Of a stretch of DNA of 64,000 bases, positions 34,724 through 44,700 are shown piece after piece. The notes below the pieces were generated by a model. That model worked only from the letters and a program-made list of their open reading frames with translations, was not told the origin of the DNA and ran no database searches. A program made the translations under genes and the position numbers. Source of the stretch: Euglena gracilis (lineage: Eukaryota); the NCBI GenBank assembly GCA_039621445.1, contig CP154954.1:27020123-27084122 (forward strand), given 5' to 3'. Within the stretch, counting starts at the first letter, position 1. Each line of letters begins with the position of its first letter.

Positions 34724-37700
34724 ATGCTGCCTGGGCGCGGACCTGGACCAGGTCCACCATGGCCGCAGCCTTCTGGCGCGCCATACCCTCAGTACCCTCA
34801 GTATGCTGAGGCCCCGATTCCGGGTGCCCCACATGCTGAGAGGGTTTCAGCCCCGGTATTCGCCGCGGCTACCAGCAGCCGGTCCGCATATGCGGTACCA
34901 GATCCATCTGCCGTCCAGCAGCCGGCACCTCAGCCACCCGTGCAGCGCAGATCGCGCCTGCCCCCGTATGCGGGAGAGATGATCTTCCGCACTACGGAGA
35001 CGTTGGAGCGGGCGATGCGTATGTGCGCACACCCCCCAACGGAGCCCTTTATGCAAGCCCTTTGGGATGCATACTGTGCTCAGTTGTTGGTGGTAGCCAA
35101 CACCCCTGTGGCTCAGTGGTGTCCCTGCGGTCAAGCCCTGATGACGGGCAGACGGTATTTCTCGTCCGCAGCCGATTCCGGCTTCGAACCCGGCGAGACC
35201 ATGATGGACCTGGGCGTGTATGTGCCGCCCATGCTGCAAACGCAGACGCCGGTGGGATCCCACACCGTGCATATGCGTGAGCACACGCCCCCACCGGTAG
35301 GTGAGGCTGTGCATGTCCCACCTGGGATGACGAGAATTTTTGCTCGCCCGCCCTCGCCGCAGCGAATGCCGCCGCGCGAGCCGCCAGCGGAGCAATTTGT
35401 CTCGCGGTACGCGACGCACGCGGATTACCCGCGCGGCGCACGCGTGCTCCCAGCCGGACAGTCGGACGTGCCCTCTGAGGCATACGTCCAACACATGTTC
35501 ATGCACTGGATGCCACAAGCATCATCGGTCGCCCCTGCCCCTGGCGTTGAGCCACGGAGGCAGGAGGAGCCCATAGTGGTGGAGGATGAACCTCCCCACC
35601 GTGAGGCAGCCCGACCGCCCAGTGCAGCCCCTGTCCAGACTGGGGATGTCCCCCGTCGGCAGGAGGCTCCCTACTATCATATGGCACCTCCGGGAACCGA
35701 GCAGGATGAGCTTGCTCGGCACTTCCTGCAGGAGCCAGTATTCGCGTCTGAAGAGCACCGGACGAGGTATTACGCCTCTCTGGCTGCCCTTCAGGGTCGT
35801 GGATACACCCCCTACCATCCGTACCAGCCGCAGCTGCGGGTGGCGACCCCGGTATTACCCGGTGAGCCCCCGGCAGGAGCGGCAGGATTACCTGCCACCC
35901 TGAAGCGCGATAGGGTTACGGAGAACCTTACCCCACAGCCCAGGCGACCCAGCCCACGGGACGCGGAAGGCGGTGCGGCAATGCAGGTGGAAGCCAGCCA
36001 GGATACCCTGGCCGGGCAACCACCGGCAGTGGCACAGGCAGCGATGAGCCGTCCTGTTGCCGCAATGCCTCCGCCGATCCCTCCGGTATGGAAGGAGCCG
36101 CGACCTCCTACGCCGAAACCAAGCCCACGCCAGGCTCCTGGCCAGCGCCCAGCCACGCCGTCACCGCGACGTGCAGCGGAACGGCAAGGTCCCTCCCCAG
36201 AGATGGAATGGGAAGGTACCGAACCGACTCCTGCCGCACCGAGCGCCCGACCCTCTGGTATTCGCCAGACAGGGAAGGACAAAGGTAAGGCTGAGGGCAA
36301 AGGCAAGGGAGAAGGCAAAGGCGTGGCCGGCAAAGGTAAGGGTGAGGGCAAGGGTAAGGGTACAGCCCGTGAGGAGGAGGAAGAACCAGCAGAAGTCCTC
36401 TCGGACTTTGAGCAAATGCTCAGGTTCAAGGAGGAGCTGGAGGACGAAGGCTGGCGAATGCAGCATGATTACCATGTTGCAGGAAACCGCCCCGTCACCC
36501 CTCCGGAGGCAGTCATCGAGGTGGTATTACACCACACCGAAAACAGAGTCAGACAATTCCATTACGGAATTGACCTGTACGCCTTCGAAGGTGAAGGTGG
36601 CAGACCCTTGCTGGATGCCCAGCCGGGTTTCTGGGAACTCTGGTTTTGGCTGGGATACCCCTGCCAGAACTGGGGTCTCTTCAGCGACTCCACTGGCCGC
36701 AGTTACCTGCACCAGTTAGGATTTCGGGACCAGCATGTGTTGGCCCGAAGGCTGAAGGCAATCTTCGACTGTATTCACACAGTCGGGCCCCTCGGTGTGC
36801 AGTGGAAATACTACCCACTGAACCCCGACATCGAACGCCTGATCGAGGTGTTGTGGTGCAACAACCTCCAGGTGTGGCTGGTGAGCCATTACGGCTCCAC
36901 CTTCCGCGTTAAGCGCGTTTCCCTGGCTTACCCACAGAGGTATGACCTCTGTTGTAAGTATTGCCGGCAGGAGTTTCCTGTCGACTTCTGGGGATTCGGC
37001 GTACGCGGAAGTCCTCCACCGCCTCGGGATAACCCGGGCCTGGAGATGGGACGCCGCATGCTTATGCATGTGTGCCGCGACGCCCCGGATGTCCAGGGCA
37101 AAAGTCGCCGCGTCCATAAGCAGCGTATTTTTATGCTGCAACAGTTCTGGTGGCGAGCCTGGACCACCTACGTCATGGAGGTGTATATACATCTCCGTGA
37201 CACCCAGGACGATAGGCCTGGTATGGAAAGCTTGCCACCAGACTACGGCGACCCCGTTGAGGGACCTCGTCGTCGTCGGGTTATCGCCGACCTGCGCCCC
37301 AACTGGCACCTCGCCGGGATAGACCTGGAGGAACATTTCAGGCGACAGTTTGGCGGTACCCTCGACAGGGAGGTATTCCTCCAGCTGATGAATCACCCGA
37401 AGGCCATCCTCGACCTGGGTATGCCGATTCTGGCATGCGTGCAGGAGTTCGAGGACGGGTTTTTCGAGGTCTGGGAGGACACGCGTTACCGCGGCTTCCT
37501 GGGCCCGAACAGGCCTGCAAACGCTTGGGTGCAGCCATCATGGCCGCCACCCTGGCCCAACAGCGCCAGTAGCAGTACGCTGGCCTTTTACAGGCTGGCG
37601 GATGCCCAGGGATGCCGATGGCACCCCGACGATCCTCGTTCGCCCGAGGATCTGCGCGCCTTCATCGCCCCAGAGGATGAACCTCTGGCGCGAAGGAGAC

Positions 37701-40246
37701 GTGAGGCGTCAGTCGCTTCCACCACTGCGATTCCGCGGCGGGAGGAACGCGACCGCAGCCCCTCCGTCACCATACTGGAGGCAGCGCCGCCGTCTCCGAC
37801 AGGAACGGCTGTATCATTCGTCTCTGCCCCGCGAGCGGCAGGGGAACGATCAGTTTCCCCGGCCCCCGCGGCGGCAGCTCCCGTCTGTCCACCGGTAGGT
37901 GGAGACGAGGAACTCCCTCAGGAGGAAGGCGAGAACGTGGAGGATATCCTCTACGCTGCTCTGCATCCTCTGGCACAGCCTAGGCCAGACGAAGCACCCG
38001 CAGGGGATATACCTGTGGCTGCTACGCCTGTTCCAACGGCTGAGCCTCCAGCCGAGGTGACTGGTATGGTCGTCGAGGATATCCTCGAAGAACCTGCCAG
38101 TCCCACAGCACGCACCTCGTTAGGAGGCCGTGTGCTCGGCGCCGTGGTCACTGGCATTACTGCCGTGGCTGCTGCACTAACGCTACGAGGTGGAGGTGTA
38201 GCATCAAGCTCCGCCGCTGAGGTCGTGGAGACACCAGATGTCGGTGTCCCCACACCCCCATCTCCGGCAACAGCGCAACCACCTTCAGGGGATGAACCCC
38301 AGCCGACAGAGCCATCTGTCGCACCGGCTACAGCGGAGGATCAACCTCCTGTAGCACCTGCGCCAGCGGTTGTGGAGGATCAACCTCCTAGACCGGATGT
38401 CGAAATGGAAGTGGAGGAGATACCCCCACGATCACGGACACCGCGCAGGGACCCTGCCGCCCCGAGGACAATGGCAGAGTTTCTGGGAGCGCCAGCGCCT
38501 GTGGAAGCACCGATTCCGGTGACGACCACAGTGCCACGCCTCGTCGGACAGGATGAACCTGTTCGGCGACGGCCTGCTGAACAACCCCGGGAACGAATGC
38601 CAACCCCTCGGAGCGTCATGCGCGACCCAGCGGTCAGTATGCCCGCTTCGCCCAGACGGCAAACGTCTACTCCGGCACCATCGGCTCCTGATACCAGGAG
38701 TAAGCCGCAGGCGTCGTCTCCTGATTCCGGGAGTGCGAAGCCGAAAGGAGGCAAATCGGGTGCTGCACCCTGTAAGCCCCCTTCCAAAGGCGGTGATGGG
38801 AAACCACCACCGAAAGGTGGCGCTGGAGGTCAGACTGGCGGACAGCCGAAAGGCCCTACGACAATGCACGACTATTCGGCCGTTGCATCGTCCGGGTACG
38901 GCCAGAGCAAACCGAAAGGTAAGGCTCGTGGTCGACAGGCCCAGTCTTCCGCCGGATCGACGGATGAGGAGCAGGATGAACCTGCTTCACCTCCTGTGTC
39001 TGCGGATGCCCAGCTCTGGACCCAGGATATCCTGACCAGACTAGGCACCGTGGAAGAGAGGACGAAGAAACTGGCTGCTATTAGGCACCAGAAAGGGTCA
39101 CTGAATCGATGGATTCAGCCCCTCTTCGTCCGCGGAGAACCTTTCCACTATGTCCCGGAACATACCTGGACATTCTGGAACAGGCGCTCACCCAGAGTAC
39201 TGGCACAGTACTTTGGTGAGGACTGCGTGTTGGATTTCCAGCACGGCACGTCCCTTGCCTGGACGTGCACCGTGTGCCACCATGTGCGGCACAACCAACC
39301 GCTTGTGCATGTGTGCAAGCGGCAGGTGCAATCCTCGTGGTTCCATCACAGGGCATATGTGCCGAACTGTGTGGCGCTCGTATGTGGCGAGTGCCTGAAT
39401 GCCTGGAAGCACAGCTTGAACTACTCCTACAGTGAGAATGCTCACGACAGGGATATCCCTGCCTTGTGCATCAACTGTATAGGAGGCAAGTTCGTGCAGA
39501 CTGCTGATGGAGCAGTCACCACCATTGTCCCCCAGCACTGGGAGACACTGGAGAAGTGGAAGAAGGAGTACAAGCAGGTGGAAGGCCGCCTGAAGCACTC
39601 CGACTTCCGAAAGGTAGAAAGCTACCGCCACACGGGAATGGCCCGTGAGTTCCAGATCGACGCTGGGGCAATGCGCCTCGCCGTCGAGGAACACGCCAAG
39701 GTAAGAATGCCTTACCTCTGGACTGATGGCGACTGGGAGACACAGGTTTACCCCCTGTTCTCCAAGCGTCAGCATGGCGGATACGCCTTGCCACTGTGGC
39801 CTCCTGAAGAACACGATTTGGTGGACTTCAGAGGTTGGTTGGCGGCTGTATTACGGCCCCATACCGCAAGAGCTCGGACAGCGAGGTGGATGTATGACAT
39901 CAACTTCAAGCAGACCCCGGGGATGCCCCCGCAGGTGCCTGCGAATCACCCCCGGATGAATTACATCATCTGGCCGGTGATGCTGCCCAGAATTTTCTGG
40001 GAGCAACTCCAACGGTATCTTCAGCATCATGCTGAGCGTACCAGGGAGAAGCTGCCGGATAATTGGATCAAGGACTGGGAGACCCCTTCCTTTGATGTCA
40101 ACGATCCGGAGCTCAACACCATTCGGAGTGAATCAGCTCCGCCGCGTTCCCCACGCCAACTGGAGTTGGTTGAGGACCCATTAGGGGACCCCCAACACGA
40201 CTACTGGCGTGAGGTCCGCGAACGTCCAGCCAATAAAGGCAGGTGA
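34724..40246 (+). CDS. ORF3 of element C: 1840-aa protein of unknown function (Pro-rich linkers, KG repeat, CxxC/HxC domain, C-terminal RING-like Cys domain)
   Basis: Uninterrupted 5.5-kb ORF between pol and the 3' LTR. Three globular blocks are conserved in the homolog of element B (47048-52480), and the first block is also seen in A (~56100-56420) and E (61183-61722, minus). Confidence 0.9.
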   Translation: MLPGRGPGPGPPWPQPSGAPYPQYPQYAEAPIPGAPHAERVSAPVFAAATSSRSAYAVPDPSAVQQPAPQPPVQRRSRLPPYAGEMIFRTTETLERAMRMCAHPPTEPFMQALWDAYCAQLLVVANTPVAQWCPCGQALMTGRRYFSSAADSGFEPGETMMDLGVYVPPMLQTQTPVGSHTVHMREHTPPPVGEAVHVPPGMTRIFARPPSPQRMPPREPPAEQFVSRYATHADYPRGARVLPAGQSDVPSEAYVQHMFMHWMPQASSVAPAPGVEPRRQEEPIVVEDEPPHREAARPPSAAPVQTGDVPRRQEAPYYHMAPPGTEQDELARHFLQEPVFASEEHRTRYYASLAALQGRGYTPYHPYQPQLRVATPVLPGEPPAGAAGLPATLKRDRVTENLTPQPRRPSPRDAEGGAAMQVEASQDTLAGQPPAVAQAAMSRPVAAMPPPIPPVWKEPRPPTPKPSPRQAPGQRPATPSPRRAAERQGPSPEMEWEGTEPTPAAPSARPSGIRQTGKDKGKAEGKGKGEGKGVAGKGKGEGKGKGTAREEEEEPAEVLSDFEQMLRFKEELEDEGWRMQHDYHVAGNRPVTPPEAVIEVVLHHTENRVRQFHYGIDLYAFEGEGGRPLLDAQPGFWELWFWLGYPCQNWGLFSDSTGRSYLHQLGFRDQHVLARRLKAIFDCIHTVGPLGVQWKYYPLNPDIERLIEVLWCNNLQVWLVSHYGSTFRVKRVSLAYPQRYDLCCKYCRQEFPVDFWGFGVRGSPPPPRDNPGLEMGRRMLMHVCRDAPDVQGKSRRVHKQRIFMLQQFWWRAWTTYVMEVYIHLRDTQDDRPGMESLPPDYGDPVEGPRRRRVIADLRPNWHLAGIDLEEHFRRQFGGTLDREVFLQLMNHPKAILDLGMPILACVQEFEDGFFEVWEDTRYRGFLGPNRPANAWVQPSWPPPWPNSASSSTLAFYRLADAQGCRWHPDDPRSPEDLRAFIAPEDEPLARRRREASVASTTAIPRREERDRSPSVTILEAAPPSPTGTAVSFVSAPRAAGERSVSPAPAAAAPVCPPVGGDEELPQEEGENVEDILYAALHPLAQPRPDEAPAGDIPVAATPVPTAEPPAEVTGMVVEDILEEPASPTARTSLGGRVLGAVVTGITAVAAALTLRGGGVASSSAAEVVETPDVGVPTPPSPATAQPPSGDEPQPTEPSVAPATAEDQPPVAPAPAVVEDQPPRPDVEMEVEEIPPRSRTPRRDPAAPRTMAEFLGAPAPVEAPIPVTTTVPRLVGQDEPVRRRPAEQPRERMPTPRSVMRDPAVSMPASPRRQTSTPAPSAPDTRSKPQASSPDSGSAKPKGGKSGAAPCKPPSKGGDGKPPPKGGAGGQTGGQPKGPTTMHDYSAVASSGYGQSKPKGKARGRQAQSSAGSTDEEQDEPASPPVSADAQLWTQDILTRLGTVEERTKKLAAIRHQKGSLNRWIQPLFVRGEPFHYVPEHTWTFWNRRSPRVLAQYFGEDCVLDFQHGTSLAWTCTVCHHVRHNQPLVHVCKRQVQSSWFHHRAYVPNCVALVCGECLNAWKHSLNYSYSENAHDRDIPALCINCIGGKFVQTADGAVTTIVPQHWETLEKWKKEYKQVEGRLKHSDFRKVESYRHTGMAREFQIDAGAMRLAVEEHAKVRMPYLWTDGDWETQVYPLFSKRQHGGYALPLWPPEEHDLVDFRGWLAAVLRPHTARARTARWMYDINFKQTPGMPPQVPANHPRMNYIIWPVMLPRIFWEQLQRYLQHHAERTREKLPDNWIKDWETPSFDVNDPELNTIRSESAPPRSPRQLELVEDPLGDPQHDYWREVRERPANKGR

Positions 40247-40286
40247 GGTGTCTGTCAGCGCCAATGCGGCGTCTTTCAGCACCCTC

Positions 40287-40362
40287 GTCAGGTATTCGCC
40301 TGACACCCTGTTTGGGTATTCGCCCGAACAGCCCCTTCGAAGACCTTTGCGGTATTCGCCGC
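40287..40362 (+). repeat. Three tandem hairpins with identical TATTCG loop and different stems
   Basis: GTCAGG-TATTCG-CCTGAC, CTGTTTGGG-TATTCG-CCCGAACAG, GCGG-TATTCG-CCGC. Confidence 0.8.
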
Positions 40363-40515
40363 TAGTAAGTTCCCACCGGGATGCTGCCATGTGCAGGATT
40401 CCGTGCGCATGCATGCACACCCCTCTCCCCTCTCCCCTCTCGCGGGCGTGCGACACGCAGCGCACAGGGCCGACGGCCTCTTTTCCTTTCCCTTTCTTTT
40501 CTTTTCGGCCGTTTG

Positions 40516-40870
40516 AGGCCTTAAGGCTGCCAGACAGCACAACTTTTCTGGCCTAAGCCAACCCCCCACTCCTCTCTACTTTCCCCCCGGGGCAAATGCT
40601 GTCGCCGGCAGTTGGTTTTGTAGAGTAGGATTTCCTTTTGCGTGGTCAGGTTTGACTGGCCATGCGCCCTGCCCAGGTTTGACTGGTCAGAGGCCCCCTC
40701 CTTCCACACCCTCCCCATGGGTTTTCCTGGAATGACCATGGACCCAACCCCAAGTGCCTTTGGCACACCCAAACTGGGTGGATGGGTTTGCTTGGCAAGG
40801 AAACCTGCCAGCCCCATTTTCCCCAATGGGCTATAATATACTATACCCCATAAGCCACCGCAAAATAGGT
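40516..40870 (+). other. Conserved, probably structured non-coding block in the 3' region of element C
   Basis: Clearly alignable to 52850-53210 of element B although the flanking non-coding DNA is not. Shared hairpins GTGCC-TTT-GGCAC and ACCCA-AAS-TGGGT. Confidence 0.65.
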
Positions 40871-41055
40871 GAAACCATTTTGCGCGTTTTGGGCTTTTGG
40901 GTCCCCTCCTTTCCGCCCCCCCCTTTGAGTGGACCCCTGTGCGACGGAAAGGGCCCCTGTGGATGCGCCAGGGTGCACCTCCCACAGACCAGGTCTGTGT
41001 CCGAAATCCCTGTGGCCAGAATGCCTGGTCCAAAGGGGAAATCGGGCATAGCCCT

Positions 41056-41065
41056 GGGAGGGGGA
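41056..41065 (+). promoter_or_regulatory. Polypurine tract of element C
   Basis: GGGAGGGGGA immediately before the 3' LTR; identical in B. Confidence 0.9.
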
Positions 41066-41375
41066 TGTGTACCAGGCGTATGCTTCTGTCCCCTTCCGTT
41101 GAGGAAGTTAGGATGGAAGCAGATCCTATTAGGATCTCCTAATGGGTGCCCCCCTTCTCTCTCCACAGGTGGTATTCTTCTTATACCTTTTCCTTCCTTT
41201 CCTTGGACCGGACTTGGATTTCCAGTCCGTCCTCCCTGCATTGCTCCGTGCTTTGCTTCTTGGGAAGTGGGAAAAGGGTTTTTACTGTTACTCTGATTTT
41301 TAGTTCCCAAGTAGGTGCGCCAAGGCGAAAGCGAAGGCTTTTTGGGAATTGGGAATTGGGAATCAGACGTACACT
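41066..41375 (+). repeat. 3' LTR of element C (310 bp)
   Basis: Direct repeat of 24832-25140, followed by TSD AAACC. Confidence 0.97.
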
Positions 41376-41380
41376 AAACC

Positions 41381-41786
41381 CCGGTACACCGGTCATGGTC
41401 GACGGGAAACCCGTTCACCACGACGGTTTGACGGTCGAACGGAATACCGTTCCCCTCGTTATGCGGAATCCCGCCACAAATCCCGTTGTTCACTTTGCGG
41501 TTCCAAAGATCACCACGCACCCAAATGTCCCAGATCTCGTTCCCCCCGGCCCGGCTACGGAAATCGCGGTAAGCGCCGCGATGACCGTGGTTACTCCTCC
41601 AACCGGCAAAAGGTCGGTTTCAAGATTTCTTGTTTGGAGGATGACACCCCGGCTTCGGGCAGGGAGGGGGATGAGACCTCGGACGGGGAATTTAATGAGG
41701 CCCGAATGGCGGTGCGCTCATTGAATTCCATCTATTCCACCAAAAAGTCCGTTGCCGGCTATGCGGCCGGTTCGGACTTGGAGTAG
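41381..41786 (+). CDS. gag: Gag of element B, 3' part (second CCHC knuckle)
   Basis: KPRYTGHGRR...CSLCGSKDHHAPKC...AGSDLE*. Joins seamlessly to 24831 after removing C and one TSD copy. Confidence 0.92.
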
Positions 41787-44700
41787 GGGAGCCCGAGGTC
41801 CGAGGGCACGGACCTCTGGGCTGATGAACAGATGGAGGTAAGACCTGATCAACCTTACCCCCCCTGCCCATCCGCCTTCACGGTCAGTACCCGGAATTAT
41901 TTCGGGTCCCCTACCCCCCACTCCACATTTCCGCTCGGAATGCTGAGCAAAGTAGGAAAGGGTTCATGGGAGAGCTGGCATGCAAACGTATTTCCGCCAG
42001 ACCCTTCACTTTGCGTACCACCAATGGAATTACTCGTCCAAGCGGAAATCCGCATTCAAAATTTCTCCACCAAAGTCAAAATTCTCATTGACACTGGTTG
42101 TCGCATTGCACTGCTCTTTCGGTTGGGGTTGATACCGACCCCGCTCTTGGTAAGCGCCAAGAAACCGATCAAAAATACAACCGCGGATAACACCCCCATG
42201 TGTGGTGGTGATTTGGGATGTGTGCTCGAGATACTCTTGCCCATCATTCCGAAGCATCACTCACAACCCCCACAATTACAACATTTCACCAATATTTGGG
42301 GTTACGAGTCCGGAATTCACGGGTCTGACGTAATTTTGGGATACCCATTTTTACGCCAGTACCGATTGGTTGTGGATTGCCACTCCCACGGTTTGCGCAC
42401 AGCACTCACCACTTCATTGACACCCAAACCACCATCACCGTTGTCATCCACTATGATGACCACCGCTTTGCCCACACCGTTACCCACAATGGCAACACCG
42501 TTACCCACCACACCAACAACCGTTTTCCACACCCGGGGTACGGAGAAAGCCTCCCCCCTGCCCAATGACACACCAACATGCGTTCCACATGAGGCAGGGC
42601 AAGCGAGTAGCGGTACCCCCGCCGTTCCACTGGGTTACAAGACGAAAGCCCAAAGGCCTGCAGTGATCACGGTGTCGAGTAGTCGCCCAGCCACACCACC
42701 ACTCCGTTTCCCACCAGTTGTGCCGAATCCAGGCACACCTGTACAAGACTCACCGGCTAATGCCATCGACACCCACTTACACGCACACCTGTCACACCAT
42801 CACACTTCCTTCCAATGTGTGCACTGCAGGAGAATTTCCACCCAATCGGATTTCGATTGTGGATGTTTAGTTGAAAATCCGACACTAATCGCAATTCCGA
42901 AAACGGAATCCACCCCCCATGATACACTTGGTTGTAGCCCGCAATGCGCGGAGATACACCGAGTACTCCAACAACGCGGATTAGCCTCGTTGTTCGGAAA
43001 CGCGAAAAGCGCGATTCCTAATTACAATCGCGATCACACTTGTTACGGATTTGATGCGGAATGGGGAAACCCCCAACCTGACCAAACTCCCTTGGGATTA
43101 ACCCTTGTGGTAGTGGAAGACAGCCCGCATGTTTGTGGATCCATTCATTGTGTTTCTACCCTTCAACCCGAAGATCGGGTGCATGAATACGCGAAACGCG
43201 TATGGAATGCTTTCAATTTTGGTCAATATCGCATTTTGGAACGATGGTTTTCCAAAATCGCGACATTGGCTGATTCTTTTGATTTGGCATTGGAAATCGA
43301 TGCCTTCTCATCCAATGCTCATGCCCGTTTGCCACGTCATTGGTCACAACACTCCAACGCATTTGATAAATTTTGGGGTGATACGGTGTTATGGATGCAC
43401 CCTCCCCCACAACTTATCGAACGTGCGGTTGAGAAAATTCTGCGGGATGAAGCCCGTGGAGTTATTCTCATACCCATCATTCCGGAAGCGGAATGGTTCA
43501 CCCAACTATCGTACGTATGTTTTCATTGGTGGGATTTACCCACTAATGTACCGATTTTTGAGGATTTTTGTGGTAAAATATTACCACCCTTGCAAGAAAT
43601 CATTTTTCGCGTATGTTTCTTCGATGCATTCGGAATGTCCGAATTCGCGGTGCCGAGGAAGCTCGGTAGCCCCAGGGATACCCTGGCGGTTTCCGCAGTC
43701 ATCGAGAGTGCAGGTCAGCATCCTAATTCAGCCGAATTCTGTTCGCGGATTACCCGCGAATTCCACGGTGTGCTGGAAAATCCAGTATACGCGTGCGACA
43801 TCGACCCCGCGATACGCGGTCCGTTCGGTGTTTGTAAGATCGAGCTTAAGGATGGAGCCAAGCCAATGCACCGGAAATTTTTTCGTTGTTCGGGAGAACG
43901 CGAACAAGCTCTCAATGAAATGATTGAGAAGCTTATTCAGCGCAAGTGGATAGTACCCTCGAAAAGCGAGTGGACATCCCAGGCATTTGTTGTTCCTAAA
44001 CCCCCAGACCCCTCAGGTCAGAAGAAATGGAGGCTGGTGCTGGATTACCGGTACCTGAACTCCCAAACAAGGGATGATCCCTTCCCGCTCCCCCTGATCG
44101 AGGATTTGATCACCAAACAATCGGAAAACCGGTTGTGGTCAATTTTCGATCTGGAGGACGGTTTTCACCAAATGCACTTACACCCTGACTCCCAACCATA
44201 CACGGCATTCGTGACATCCAAGGGAGTGTACCAATGGACGGTACTCCCCATGGGTGTTAAGAATGGTCCAGCCATGTTTCAGCGCATGATACAATGGGTT
44301 CTACGCGATTTACCGTTTGCCATTGTGTACATTGATGATGTACTGGTGGGAACACCACCACCAACCGCAAAATCGAGCGAGGATATCCTCGTCACACACT
44401 TCCACCATGTTTGCGCGGTATTAACCGCTTTTCAAAAACATGTGCTTTTCGCGAAAGGCGCGAAAATGCATTTGTTTCGGATACTTATAAAATTTTGTGG
44501 TCACATCCTCAGCAATGGACAGCAAAAAGCCGCTCAGAGTAAACTCGAAGCCATTAAGAAATGGACCCCTGAGGTAATCAAAACGATTACTCACCTCAAA
44601 GGATTTTTGGGATTAGCCCAATACTACGCGATTTATATGAAGGACTTCGCGAAAAGCGCGGTGCCCCTCACCAAACAGCTCAAAAACCGGGCTGTTGACA

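Larger units (their letters stand above)
24832..41375 (+). mobile_element. Ty3/Gypsy chromovirus-like LTR retrotransposon C (16544 bp, youngest, essentially intact)
   Basis: LTRs 24832-25140 and 41066-41375 differ by about one substitution and one homopolymer indel. TSD AAACC at 24827-24831 and 41376-41380. PBS 25141, PPT 41056-41065. Confidence 0.97.

Noticed and set aside
34724-40246. ORF3 as a retroviral envelope gene
   Set aside because: No visible signal peptide, fusion peptide or C-terminal transmembrane anchor; the composition is Pro/charge-rich with Cys/His clusters.
40287-40362. CRISPR-like mini array
   Set aside because: The repeat core is only 10 bp with short, irregular spacing, there are no cas genes, and the context is eukaryotic. 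It is better explained as same-loop hairpins.
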